A DNA stretch of 64,000 nucleotides from Fimbriosthenelais zetlandica (GCA_977030845.1 OZ365110.1:45198001-45262000), one strand, 5' to 3'. Positions 28,412 through 43,280 are shown, counted from the first letter of the stretch. The notes: generated by a model not told the origin, from the letters alone. Program-made: numbers and translations.

Positions 28412-31400
28412 CTGAAAAGATAAAGAGAGAGACTTCCGTTAAGACATGATCTGACGACAGGAAACAAGTGACAGGGCTATATAACAGGGGGGTGTCCATC
28501 AATGTCTGTGATGTTCTCTCAAGAAAATGCAAAGACAGTTAAGCATTCATACATTCAACCGTAGCATCATTTCATATCAGATTGTCGTGAATAAGTTTCT
28601 GTCTTGAATATATACCCCACTGGCCTATACTGGACAAGATTACCTTGTGTGCATCAGGTATTTTTGAGTGTTCTATGACAAGGAAATATCGCAATAGGTG
28701 TTAAAACAAAATACTGTGCTCTCTTGGTTTCACTCTTATTGAAAGGTATTATTAGCTGGAACTCGCTCATACTGGCGCCAGGACCAACTGCACATTTGGA
28801 ATGGAATGCCAGGGCCAGAAGGTCAAAAACAGGGTTTAGGGAGATAGTTACTCAATCATAATCTCCCTGTAATAACACAACCTCCCCCTGTCATCATCAC
28901 AAATCTAAAGCAATATATGAACATTTTTCATTTTTTCCGGCTCAAAATTAGAGCTTTTAAGCAGCCCTCCGAGAGCATGCACTGCAAGGGGGACACAAGA
29001 GGGCGTTGTTCTCGTCATGTGACCATCATGTGATCACGATCCATGATGGACGTAATCAGCCTAGCTTTAGTTGGGAGCATGTTAAGCATGTTAAACATGC
29101 TATTTCTCTTTATTACACCTGCGGTCTTGTGCCATGCATCGCTGAATGCCTCTCACACACGCGTTACCTGGGCTCCCGCAGCTTTAGGTAGGGGGCGAAA
29201 AGGTCATGGATTTCAACGTCAGAAATACTTTAATTATTAACACCTTACTATAGGCGATCACGTATTCTGTAAAAGGCCTAGACAGTAAGAGCCCCAGATT
29301 AACTAGTACAACTAGCCCTATAGTATACAGCTTCCAAATAAGTCTATCTAATGTGTATCATATATCCAAGGGATCTGAGATCCTGCAGATACTTTTTATG
29401 TATTTTCTGCATATATATTTCTCGTCGACGCTACAGATTAAATGAAATTAATTAAATTCAAATATACCGTAAAAATAACATTTTGATAGAGGATGGATCA
29501 ATGGCAGAATATATATTCAACCTAGAAGGATCGATCCTTCCCACGAAACCGTGACAAAATCCATTTACTTCCGTAATTAGGATAAACTCAATAAACGGAT
29601 AACATTAACAAAAATACAAAGCCAATCCACGATTAAAGATACTTATTTGCGTAAAAAACCTTTAAGAGGTTTTTGTCTCTCCAACACTTCAGGTAACCGT
29701 AGAACAATACAAAAGCACGGTTCATGCACACGACCCATTAGCCGTGCTCTAGAAGTGAGAGAAAATTAAAAGATTGAAACCAATTGTACTTCTCAACTCG
29801 TGATGTATTCCCTCCAGACATGCTAGTCCATGAGGCATACGCAATGCATGACATCCAATCCTGTAATTTTCATGTCTGGACAAGCTACCATAAACAACCA
29901 TCTGCATAGAAACGGGTCGGGATTTCAACCAGGCCCCAGTTAGAAGGGTCATAAAGAATTCATGGCTATAAAGGAGGCTGGACAGGTATAGGTGAGGTTT
30001 TTAGAAGCCTGTTAATTCAATTCCAACTATACCGTTACTATTCCATTGGTCCATTTTTTGAGGTAATGAATAATGCTAACCACCACTTCCAAGTTTACCA
30101 GATTCAACTGAAGTATATATTTCTTTCCCAGACCGGCTAGAGAAATATTTACAGATATATTTAAAAATGGTTGAGTAACGTTTTGGAACATGAAAATTGA
30201 TCAAAACAATATTACTATAAAATAAATCAAAAGTAATTTCATGAACTTGGCCCAAGCACAAAGTTCTGTTGTAATTATATATATGTTCAATCTGTTCTGG
30301 AGACGAATAAGATAATGAATTTATCACCGCCTCTCACTTTAACAAGTCTATAGTCTGATAATTCTCAGTCATTAATCACAATTATTGAAGACAAATGCAG
30401 AGCACCACCCGTGACAGGTTATCATAATGTGAAGCGGCGGAGCGTGCATAATCAAGATCCAAGTATATATCCTCTTCCTCAACTCGCTTCTTAAAAGAAA
30501 CAATCAAACTGCTAAGGAGGCGGGCTACACTGGTTATGGACAAATAACAATCAATCGAAAAAATCGACTTTTGGTAATGTTTTCAGGCGAAACCCTAGAT
30601 TAACGATGTAGGCTATATCTCCTTTAAAAATTAACTCATTGTCAAGATTAATGACATTTTGATAACGTTATATTTATTATGATTAGTAGCTAATCATTGA
30701 AGACATTTCTATTGAATCTTTGTGAGCATCAGTTGGTAATGGGAAAAGTTAGATCAAGTGAGGAAGTTTTAAGTGTGTTATTGGACAATCAAACATGGTT
30801 GGCGCTGATTTATTACAGGGTCGTGGTGTCACGCCATTATCTTGGAGGCCCTTTTGTCAGGTAGCGGAGGTTCTCCACACCCCGCCCTCCTCGAGCCAGT
30901 CAAAAGCCTTTAGAAGCTCTTTTTCTGGCTAAGTCAAAAGGTAATACTGTATGGTCCTTTTGTAAGTGAGACTTTAAAGGGCACGGCAGGGTTCTTCTAC
31001 CTCTGGCTATCCTACACATAAAAGGTTAAAAAAAAGATGGAGAAGAATTGCCTAAAACATGGTGACATGGATATGATTGGTGGGGCCTCCTCCGCCTGGG
31101 GGCTCGAACGCCAGCTGACGTGCAAGTGGAGGCATGCAGACTGACCTATGGCCTAATTTCAATGTCGACCTGAAGGAGGCGGACGGGGAAAAGTCAGGTG
31201 GGAGAGTCTATAGGATATGGCTTTGTGTTAATTAAGGGGCTGTCAGAAGTTCATGAATGGAGGGGAAGTGGTTAAAACTAATTTAAGCCGAAGGAGTGTG
31301 TTATTTTAGACTTCCCTATTTATTCTGAATTCTTCTGTATTTCTAAGGTAGTATGGACGAAGTGATGGACTGATATAAAAAAATAACGGTTACATCCTTA

Positions 31401-32399
31401 TATATTTATTTATTTTATGGAGAAATACGTAATATTTCTTTAATATATTAATATTTTTTTCTTTGCACACTACTGAGTCTTCACATTATATTTCCATATG
31501 GCGATGAAAACCCAGAGGAGATCTCCGAAGAACACTGGGTTCTTCATCAGGAGCACTAAAAGGTATGATGCATAATGTCTTGGAGATTAAGACAAGTCTA
31601 TGTCAGTACCTCACGTTAGCCAACATTGCAGTCATGTTGTGACCTACACAATTTTAGGTCGCCAAATGACATCAGCAGAACAGAAAGTACACCTGCACAA
31701 ATCTCCAAAATTAAATGTTTACCTTTTATAAAAGGTTGGTAATCATCACAGACCTGAGTTATAATCTTCTAGCACAAGGCCTTTCAAATTAATATTGCAA
31801 ATAAGTTTCAAATTAGTGTACTTATCTGCAATGCAAGTAAATACCGTATATTAACGCCTTCACTTTAGAATAATAAGGGAAAAAGTTAGTCTGAACCTTT
31901 AGAATTAATTTAGATAGACATGGATGGATATTGTAACACAAGAAGGTCGTGGGTCGACAATGAGGACATGACGTAATAGACAGACGGGGATCAGGTTTCT
32001 GGACGGTGGGGAGAGGGGACAGGTACTAAAGCCTATAAATCATACATATAACGAACCAGGAGCCCGTTTCAGAGGAAAGATGTACACACCTTGGTTATGA
32101 AACGGGTCCCCATACAGTCCCCTCCCCTGACTAACCCTAACGTGTGCAACCATTAATAACCCACATAACCGTATCATGTAACCAATATCAGTAGGGATCA
32201 TGTAAGTTATGATGGTATTTATACTTCCCTTATTTATTAGATATTTTCCTTTCAATATAAGTTACAATAGATTCGGCCCGGGAAAAATTTAATCACCAGC
32301 TGCTATGATATGACTATAAAAGGGAACCTATCGTCTTAAATTCTCTTTTGACACGGGACATTCTTTTTTTCCCGTCAAATCTTGCGATGAAGCATGCCT

Positions 32400-33330
32400 T
32401 TGCATGTATACCTTTCATAACAATTTTTTACCAGCTGACTTATGAAGCTTTTTTTCTCTAAAGAGTGAGCTCACACTTGAAGCCCGAGCTATAATAATTG
32501 TAACCTTTAACACGACCCCCTGCAGAACATTGACTGTGTGCCTTGTCAGATATGTACGTCAACATGCGATGGTGATAATTACATACTGGCAATTCAGAAA
32601 ACTTAATAACCTTCCCAGGCCAGAAATGCACAATACAAGCTTGTTTTTCATCCGCCTGCCAATCGATATATCAATCTGATTTGACTGGTTTACAATAATA
32701 TTAAGATGTACAAGTCTGTCAGATCATGAACAGAACTTTGTACAATCATGCGGCCATTTTTTCTGCCAATATTGAACTCGGGTAGGCATAATATTAGATT
32801 CCTGACATAGAGATTTGACGCAAGTATCATGCGTCAACTTAATACCATTGGTAACCTCAATCAAATGAGCAATGTGAAGACAAGGCGAGCCTTTGCATGC
32901 CTTCACTAGGCAAGAGCAAATAAGTCATTGACCGTCGCCATTAGGCTACCATGGTAATGGTGTAATCTTTGCCGTCCGGGGCTGACGCTGTGAGCCGGGA
33001 TGAGAGCCCTGCCAATTTTCTTCATCTCCTTTTGTTTCTGGGATGTCAATAAGACACAGGAATCGTCCAGACAAGCGTCATTTCCGGTTCCATGGGACGC
33101 CAATCTCCGCCCTTCCGGTGGTAGCCATTTGTGAGGCGGGGAATGGCCGCCTTGACGGGGTACCTCAGTGGCGCCCCTACTGGCTTCCAACCTTCTAACA
33201 ATTCATATTGTTCAGCCAGTTCTAGCGCGCAGTGTCAAATTATTTTGTCCAGTTACTGGGACAAGAAATATATAATATATAATTATATTGCGGTACTTGT
33301 GGTGCAGGTAAGTATTGGAACTCGACGTGG
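32400..33330 (-). pseudogene. decayed coding relic with a SWIM-type zinc-finger motif (possibly DNA-transposon derived)
   Basis: Manual translation gives DYTITMV, a frameshift, then LICSCLVKACKGSPCLHIAHLI (CxC-x9-CxH) at about 32859-32924. The surrounding frames are interrupted by stops. Confidence 0.3.
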
Positions 33331-35889
33331 AAATAATACGTAGGCTTTTATTACTTGGGCCGGGCATTGCACATATTGCATTAGCGTAAAGTCATGGACA
33401 GAATGGGCACATGATAAATTTTCCAATGGATTCCAAACAAGTCTCGATATCCAAACATTATTTTGTTTTTGTCATATAAGCAACCAGATCGCAGGCCAGG
33501 TGTGAACTGATGAATGATCAAAGAAGCTCTCAATATCACCGACATCCAGGCAGCTGGCAAGGTTATCATTATCATGTACACACCCTCAGGTGTTACAGAC
33601 TTCCCCATTCCAACAGGCCACCACCATCCCTCTTGTATCGGGGAGAGGTAGGACCTAATGTAATAGCCTATAGCTCAAGCAGTTACCTGTCCCCCTCTGT
33701 CACAGCCAAGTAAATCTTTAATCAGACGCTAATATCTCACGTCACGTGAAGCGAAAGCTCTCGTACAGCGAGAAGTCAATAAATAGTGCCTCTTTTTAAC
33801 ACCATTACAGGTAACAGGCTGTGGTACTCCAACCCCGCCTCTTTACAGAGCTAATGTAACCAATAATGTTTGCAAATAACATTCCACTTCTACCACCATC
33901 GTCTTCTCTGTATACCCTCCTGAGAATCCGATACCACCATTAGTTTCAATTGGCCAAATCCCAGCCTCAGTCGGTTTTTGGCAGTGTCACTAAAGGCTGG
34001 GGAAAAGTGATCATGGTTGCCAATATTGACATAGGGTTGATTGAAGGAGGCAGAGCTAAGTCGCTAGATGATTGCTTCTCTTAGCTGACACAGGCGGCGC
34101 TAACGGTCGCCTGGCGTGCTAAGCGACATTACGGCGATGACGCGGCGACCGAGGCAGAAGGGGGGCAAAAAGGAGAAAGGTACGGACCTAGACTAACCAT
34201 GGGGGATCTAACCTACCACAGAGGGGATTATCCTAATCCTTCTTGTTGAGCATATAAAACATGCATTCCATTCTTAACAGATACAAACATATGGATTGAA
34301 ATGGGCTTCAAAGGCCGGAAACTTGCTAATTATATAATCTTAATGCTTAAGAGTAGCAACATATAACGCATCATTTGGGAGTGTGAGAGATCAAACGAAC
34401 ACTTGGTTTTCCCGTCGACCGAACCACCGACACCTAAGATGCTACTCCAGCTCCGGCCTTCAGGCCCTCGTGATACGACTATCCCCGTCATTCTTGTCCT
34501 TGTCAAATCACAGGTATCTTTTCAATTCACAGGTGTGATGGCCGTGAAAGTTAAGTAGTTAATCTAGTCTGACCCTGAAAAGCACCATCAAACCCTGACG
34601 AGGCGTTTACATTTAAACAAGTACGTTCTGACTCTGTCAACAGAGGAACCTCCTTCACGCATCCCAATCAATATCTGAGATATATAATATTATATATAAC
34701 ACTAAAGGTGCATCCACAAGGTATACACGTCCACCCCGTCAAAATTCTGTCGCATGCGTGATTTTGACTGTTGCAGATCTCCTGCCACTAGCCTTTAGTA
34801 AATGAATGCGTCAAATTGGACTGTGCTCCACAGCCATGGCCGCGAGAAGCAAGTTTAAGGCCCGTGTCCACTAGTCATTTTCTTGATATACACGTGTCTT
34901 GCCCGGTGAATTTCTTATAGGCGAATGGCAGGCCACCGTGATAGATATACCGATATTTTTGTTGTTGCGGAGTATATAATTCCCAATGATGAGTAAATGA
35001 TGAGTAAGCCAAGCTAAATATGCAGGAATAGACGTTGTGAGGAGGTAACATTGATTTTATTGATTCCATTTATCACGGGCTTCCATCTTAACACACCTTA
35101 ACCGCCTATCAGCTGGAGTGGAGGGGGAGTTAATGGCTTTCAGTGATCTAGTGGCAAAGACAATCGGTGACGTGAATAATGCAAGTGGCCCCCCGAACCA
35201 TAAACCTTGATAAATCCAACGAGGCGCGTGCCGCTTCAAAACAAGCAACATCTCACAAGTTATTCCCACCCAATGTCCTCCTATAGTAATTGTAGGCTGT
35301 CTTTTGCAAACTAAACCTTTCAGCTCAAATAAGCAAATTCCTAGTAAGTCTCATGCCGGAAAAATCCATCCAGCCTATTCAGCGCAGAGGCTTCTCTAAC
35401 AGAATAAGACCAAATCATGAGATACATTTGACCTATTCCCTTAATCTGATTAGAGAAGATTTACATTGGTTCCTAATGTAATTAGGCTCGGGTAAGGGAG
35501 AACATTTTTATTCATCTGTCACCCTAACCGTCCTAACATCTGGTAAGATTAGCCATTTACTAGCCTAACCAGACTTGTCTGAGCCATCCTAAGCAGTAAA
35601 TCCACATATATTTGCAGCAATGGCGCTCTCATTATCATTAAACGAGCGAATCCGCCACGTTCATTCATCACCTGAATTCATATGGGTCAGTGATGGGGAA
35701 AGAGCCGGGGAAATTATCATTGGTTCGCTGCGAATGAACAATTTGGATTTGAATAGACCTATTGTGGATAAATAATGTATGAACGTTAATCATGTGGAAG
35801 ACAGGGTGAAAACTAATATCTTGTTACCGGCGTTCACACTAAACAAAGACTGATCACCACGTGGCCAACTCAATGGGCGCTGTCATGGA

Positions 35890-35960
35890 AGCCATATTGT
35901 AACGTCACGTTATACGTCATCAAACCTGCCGTAACGTCAATGTCACGCGTCTGTGACGTA
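35890..35960. promoter_or_regulatory. CRE/ATF half-site cluster in a CpG-rich block
   Basis: Four CGTCA/TGACG sites within about 60 bp (35900, 35913, 35932, 35954), inside a CpG-enriched region of about 35.7-36.45 kb. Confidence 0.35.
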
Positions 35961-38900
35961 GTTCAGAGGTGTGGATAAGAACCGTAAGTTAACCGTCCAT
36001 CTCCAAGGGGAGAAACCCGGTTGGTAGGCGGGATAATTCAGAGATTTAGGACTCCCTTACCACGCTCATAACGACAGTTTGTGACTTGAGGAAGGTGAGC
36101 AGGGAACCAGCTTTTAAAGGTCGTGGCCAATCCACGACGCAACACCTTCATAATCAGCGCTAGGCGGACGCTGGGGCGGCGCCCTGCTTTATGTTGGCAT
36201 AAATTCCCACTCAGCGTGGATATGAATAATAAATAGTTCCAACGCATTTGCTGTTGGTCAATCACAAAACATATTAGAGCGAGGAACGTGGGGGAAGCGG
36301 TCGTCCGATTTATGGGCGTCCCCGAGCTGTGTTCGCTATACGAAGCGTCTCAGTATATCAAATTAGTCCCAAGGAAGCCACATAAAAAACGGGGAGGATC
36401 GGGCGCAGGTTAATACACAGCGCGCGAGCAGGAAATTAGGGGAGGGCCTATTCCCGCCGAGAGGGGTTGAGTAGACATGTGGAGTGAAGTGACGCAAATA
36501 AAAAAAAATACAGTACATATAAAGGCATACTGTGCCCATGTATGTATCACATACAAATATGTATTTAATATATACGAATATCAGACAACAGTCGGGTTGT
36601 ATTCCTCACAATAAATAATTATGAAGAATAGCTCAATACATCTATTCTGCCATTCATAGTTCATCACAGGGAATTCTATAGGCATCACACTCTGCCTGAT
36701 GGCTTCCTTAGGCCAAATATAAAATGCCATACTTCTATATTCCATGCTATTCATTTTTGGGTCTCAATTACCAAACCATTAAAAAAAGAAAGGGTTTGAA
36801 CTGGAGATAAACCACTTGATTAACTACATGTATACCTGAGGTGGTCACTGATACAGACACCTGAAGTGCACAGCACCTTAATTGTGTAGCTCTTCAGGTA
36901 TATCAGTCTCTGAACTAAGCACTCCGGCGGTATATGCCATGGAACTATAGATCTAGCTGTGACGACACAACAATATATGAATATAACATATAAGAAATGA
37001 TATGTTATAGACGTGAATAGGTTATAATGCTAAAATGGTGTATGTGTATATCATATATCAACGCGTAGAGGCAGCAAGAGTGGAGCAATCGATAAGTGAA
37101 ACTGGGGAGGAGGAGGACTAGGGGAGGTAGCCCAACGAGCCAGGCACAACACACCAAGCAATCCCAGCCTGATCAGCCAAGCGCGAATACCTAAGACGAT
37201 CTTATATGGTTGAGAGAATCTGGCGCCGTTCCCAGGAGTTTTTATTCTCTCCTCAAAGGAGAGGGACAGGGAGAGGGAAAAGGAGGGGAGAAGGATGAGA
37301 GGAGAGATAGGGAAGAACAAGATATGAGAGATGCATTCATAGCTCTAAGATGATCAGAACTAAAGGATTAATTCAAAAAGATTAACAGAAAAGATGAGGA
37401 AGAACGAAAGAGAATGGCATGTGAGGAAAAGGTAGAAGAAGAGGAATGGTAAGGGTAAAAGAAAGAGATAACTTTGATAAATGTATAGTTGAGATATAAA
37501 GAACAAAAGGCAAGGGAACAATGAAGAGGAGAGGGGGGTGGATGAAGTGATAGAGGCAAGGTATTCCAGCCGAATGAGAGCTCTTCTCTAACAAGAGGTA
37601 TTAAAAATAGACGCTAGGGTGCGCCTGCTCACAGCCTCTTCATATGTTTTTAATGTAGCTGCCTCTTTGATGTGCATACACACTGTTTTGAAAGCAAGCC
37701 AGGCCTAGAAGCGAGGGTAAATTATGGAGCGGAAGACCTGGGATTGGACCAAAGACCCGACGGGTGCATATGATTAGCGTTACAGCAATGAACAAAGTCC
37801 TTATAAATAGATTTGGCAACTCATTGAAACAAATCAGTGCAGTGATTTTTCTCATTTCCGCAAATCAACCCTTATACCAACCATTAAAGCGATGTAGCCT
37901 CTCTATGGTTCTTGTTACTAAGGCTAGGTACAGGCTGAAAATCAAATCTACAAGAGGAATTCATGTAATTTTATGAATTCAGAGAGGAGCAATTGTACAC
38001 ATTTTTGCAAAACCGGAGAGAGCTTTGTTGCCGACAATCGAAAAAATAATTACATTGTATCGTCTTGAATTACCAGGGAAATGTGAAGTTTGTACTATTC
38101 ATGTATTTTCAGAAAATCAGTTCGCATTGACATAAAATATCACAGGGATATGGAACCAACAATGGACCGTAGTGACAGACCCATGCCAAGATGTAAAGTC
38201 TTATAGATGCTTTATGATTAATGCTTATCAAAAGCAATGTGAAGTCTGGATATTCTGGACAAAAAAAAACCTCTGGTATTTTCAACGAGGAAATGGCCTG
38301 GAAAACTCAGCCTCGTGGAAGAATCGGCGACAGCTGTGGAACGAGGCAGCCTGCCGCCAACTTCAACAACACCTAAAAACACTCACACTTTCCGTGACCA
38401 AAGCTAATTTTCACATTTTTTTCGCTTTTTTCATCATTAATTCATTGTGATTGGGTCCTTTTTGGTGTTATTACCACAAAATCGGTCTGCTCCTCAGTAG
38501 CATGTGCGAAAGGAAATGGAGAAAAAAGGTTTGGTGATTAGGACGCAAGGTTGGTTTGGGGCAAGGGAGATTATGAATTTATAGTGTGTTGGGAAGGGGA
38601 GAGTGTTAAAAAGCTTGCGATGAAGGTGTGTATGGGGGGAAAGTTGGAGAACAGCCTGTCCTAGATAGCAGAGATCCAAGAATACCACCACGCATCATTT
38701 CCTATGGTTCACGAGCCAGATCAAGCCCCTCTGAAGTTTTCAGGGATTCCAGTTAAAAAGGGAAATCATGAATGGAACTCATTTCTTTAGCAAGATGGGC
38801 GGGGCTATACAACTGTATTTTGGCTGTACCAACGAAGAGAATGAAAGTTTATTATTGCTTTCAGGGAATATACAGTTTGGTGTGATAAGGGCACCAGCAT

Positions 38901-41900
38901 GTAGCATATGTTGCACAGATGTATGACTATTATGTTGATATATTCGAATTAAATCCGTTGGAAGTATTGGCTTGAAGTTTGTAGCCTATAGACATACCAT
39001 ACAAATGCATTTAAATTGAGGCGTGGCAGGATATTAACTAACTAAGAGGACGTTAAAGTATATATAATACCATTACTGTACATGGAAGAGAAAGTCCACT
39101 TTTTTGCCTATCAATTATTCCGCACAGTGTCAGAAAACAATTCGCCAAGGAAACCAGGATGTCGTCAATCGTCGCGAATGTCGTAAAATGGTGCTGATGT
39201 CGTATTAAAGACGAAACAAACATTCAAGAGATGAATAATACTCTGATGAGCATTCGTATAATAGGACGATAATTCTTATCAGCAAGATATCAATATGGGA
39301 GGAAAATAATGAGAAATGGCCATTAGAGCGGAACAAGTATGTGTGGCGAACCATTGCAGACTGTATATTAAGTAATAATGCAATGGAAATGAGCAAATTT
39401 CGAGTAGGAATTCAAGACTGATGCTGCTTCAAAATATTTTCATCCCCGTTAAACAAGGTCCCCATATCTTAGGGAAGGTTATATCAGAGCATAATATACC
39501 AGTAGGTAATAGTTATAGCTAGACATGGTGCTCCCAGTAAAGCATAAAGATCTAATCGGGTTATACATACCCGATGCACACATGCCTCATTGGCAATAAA
39601 ACACAGCTGGTCTGGCTGGTTTTAAGGCCATGACTTGGGACTCTCTCTTCTGACAGAAGCAGGGCATTCCCCCCACCCCTCACTCTCACTCCCAGGCTCA
39701 CAGGGGTCTCACGGCAAACCAAGCGAGATGGCCCACTTTACCAAGTCACCCAACCCCTGTCCCTACAAAAAAATCTTCCCCCAACAGCCACTGGTGCTGT
39801 TTCCATCCCTTGGTCCAAACTTCTCTGCACGGCCTCGGAAAGATGATATAAGACAAGAAAGATACCAAAGGTGTCTGGATGGTGAAGTCAGGCGTATTAA
39901 TGAAAAAAAAACCACAAAGGGATTAATTTCAAAATGGGACAAAAGAAAGGGAACAGCAATATTGGGAGGGGAAGTGGGTGGAGGGGGAAGAGCTAGAGAA
40001 AGAGAACTTGAGAGACATACACGTAGTCAAGCAATAGACTGTAATATGAACCCTACCAACACCTCAGTGTTTAGTCGGTGGAGTAACAATATTTGCAAAA
40101 TATGACACCTGGAAAAATATTGCAGTATAATGGCCCTGAACCACACTTGCACATTCACACTTTCTGCACTGAACATCCCAAAAATTAAACTCTTCCAAAT
40201 TCTGGAGCTGACGCTCAGGAAGCTGGTATAAAAACCTTTAAAAATGAATAGGCCTTACATTCGAGAATATTGTGCACCTAGATGTAAGTGTTCAAATCTG
40301 CAATAGAAGCCTAACAGGGAATGACGCAGTATGATTCAAGCTAAGATAAGAAAGACTGATAATGGCTGCTACCAATAACTCCAGTGCAGAGTGCCAATGT
40401 CCGGTCGTTAAAACAATAAAATTGATCCGTCCTTTTTATCAAAGACCAGATATTATATGATTACCAATCAAAAATATTTATACACTAATTTACTTCAATT
40501 CCAACTTCGGACCCCTATACTTTTCGTCCTTTATATAAATCCAATATTAAATCATTTAAATAAGAGAAATCCATATATAAGGGTCAAATATTACAGGACT
40601 GTGGGCATCATATTGTATATAATCTGTGTTAAAACTCAGGAGGATAAGGTTAGGCTAATCCACGCATGTTCATGATGTGCAAAGCAAACACACCTAATCC
40701 ACCAAGAGTGCTAGTTGCTATAATGGCCAATATCCCTGTTACATACCGGGAACAGTTGACGTGGCCAGGAAGGTTAAAACCTCACAGGGCCACTTGTTCT
40801 CTAACCCGTGGGCTTGTTAGTTTTAGCGATGGCCTCTAGGCTTGACCAGTTCCAGACAGAATATATAGCTATTCATGTTGAGGTGTGTTTTGGTCTCATA
40901 GAGTAGCCACTAATTTATGGCATTATAAATAGTAACATTAGAGACACAAAATGAACTAACTCGGGTCAGTTTGTTTTGGACCTTAAATCACATTATGTAT
41001 ACACAGGATAAATTGTACTTTGTGTTGTAATGAAGCTAATGTGGAAGCCATTGAACCCCGAATAATGAAAATTTTCCAGTAGAAGACCATTTTTTAAACA
41101 CAAAACCAAAGTTTGTTGACCTCAAAAACCAGTTGAACTGAGATAATTAGAAACAAAATATATAGAGCAGACGTCAGACCAGCCATGTATATCAGTGGCC
41201 AGTACTGTGACGCTTGACCACCATCATCATCTGGACGCCTCTGGATGTATATATAACCCAGGATTTTTGGTTTCTACTCTCGGCCACAGTCTACTCACCC
41301 TGGCTGTCTTCCATACATCCCAGGGGCCGCAACTCTTCTCCCCTCCCAACTCCCCATACCTGACCCTGACGTGACCTACAAACCACGCCGACCTTGACCT
41401 GCAGGTGACCCCGAGAAAGTTAAGTCTATGACAGGAGCTGTGTGAGAGAGAGATACCCTGGCGAGATGTGCAGCAACAGACATGAGCAAGACACATGTTT
41501 TTCTCCACGGGGTTAGATGTTTCCTTTCCTTTCCTTTGTTCGGAAAACATGGGTTTAGGCTACTCCAAACCACACGACCCCTTCAAGAATGGTCCCTTTT
41601 GGACATATCACCAACCAAGGGCATAACCCTCAAATACAAAGTCAGTCTTGATGTATACGTCTTCCCCAGAAATAATCAGTTATTTTATTATCATTACTTG
41701 TGCAGTTTCGGGCCGCTTTTCAAAGACGTGAAATTTAGTGGGGAAGAGAAAGAAAGCCCTCAGGGTCAAGACCTCGGTACTGCAGTAATGAGTAAATACC
41801 AAGGACTTGGAGGAAGTTCCAAACCATTCATCTTGCCTTTTACATTCAACCTTTTTCTCCAGGATGAAACAGACACGGCCATTGGCTTGATTTACTCATG

Positions 41901-42707
41901 TGATGATGTTTTTTTTGTTCCTCGTTTACCTCTCCCTCAGTGTTGTTAACTTAGTGTTCGTTCCAGGACGTCAGGGTGGAGGGCTGGGGCGGGGGCGTTA
42001 GAGAGTATAATGGTACAGGGTAAGGGGAGGGTGGGGAGTGCTGGTAGGGAGGGAGGGGGGGAGGAGGAAGGTGGGAGAGATGTTGTGGGGGAGAGTGTGA
42101 TCGGCAGGAGAGATAGGAGTTGCTCACTACCCATAAACTTGCCACACCAGGATACAGACTTGATGAGCTCATCCCATCACCACCGGCTCCACCTATATCT
42201 CCACAACAAACTCATTTCCCAACTACTGTCCACAGTTAAACTCTCCCCTCCCTCTTATTTCCAGCTTTAAATTACGTAACATTTCATAAGGATTTTCGCC
42301 CTTTAATTTATTATCTCGGTAATTTCACAGATAGGTTCTGGTTACATAACCAATTCTATTCCATTATATGAGAAGGAAAACAGGACATTAGATTTCTGTC
42401 CAAATCTAAAACAAATTGTTTTAAACGTGGCTTTAATCTTAGAGCAAACCTTTACCCTAAGCTTTAATATAAATGTTCTTTCCTCAATTCCATAGAACGT
42501 TAGTTTAAACGTCGTGATATTTAAAAGGACTCTGTATTATAATGGAAATGAATACCACTAGTTATGAAGCATAGCTGGGCAAATCCCACAGTCATCTTTC
42601 ATACTAAGTGATTTTATTAGGACAGATAAGCAAACATTCTCCGACTGATATGGATTGGCTGGAGCCCAATTGATCGGCGAATACTGTAATTTGAAATTTG
42701 GAGCAAC

Positions 42708-43279
42708 TGTTAATGTGGGGATTCAGACGTTTTACTTTTAATGCTTGATTACAATGTGATATAGGGGTTGGCATCTTGTTTGTGTAAGTGACATGTCTGA
42801 GCTTGCAACTTGACAATGGCCAGCATCAATGCCAGCATTATAGCTTTGTCAGCTTGTAACAAACAAAGGGACAATAACATAAAAAGGGGAAATCTGGGTA
42901 ATATTGAAATGGGCCAATGACGGTTAAGGGTATAGATGGGAACAGTTTAAAAAGGCATGCTGTAGGGACAATCAGGGTCACTTGTGATCCACCCGTGGCA
43001 GGGGTTTAAGGTCACTTGTTGACTCCCGAATTATTGGGCAACAACTCCACCACTAACATTCTACTGTCTTCACCTACCATATATTCTAGGGGGATATAGC
43101 TGGGAAAGGAATACAACTAGGAGTATATCTTTGGACATTGTGTATCAACTGTATCTTTGGACATTGTATATGAAATATATTGGATGTTATATAAGGCATA
43201 AATAAATAAGTGGCAAGCCATTAAAGCATACGATCTCTGGTCGTCTCTAATATACAGAGGTCAGCCCCGTATATTTACA
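42708..43279 (+). repeat. 5' LTR (572 bp)
   Basis: Starts TGT and ends ACA. No difference from 45100-45671 was found by eye. TATA-like TATATAAG at 43188 and AATAAA at 43201. Confidence 0.95.
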
Positions 43280-43280
43280 C

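Noticed and set aside
28056-28532. Full ORF-track call 28056-28532 and overlapping ORFs
   Set aside because: Only 28113-28411 lies between splice sites. The rest is intron read-through or a shadow frame.
33295-33315. Plus-strand CAG|GTAAGT as a recursive site
   Set aside because: Weak pyrimidine tract and no supported plus-strand gene.
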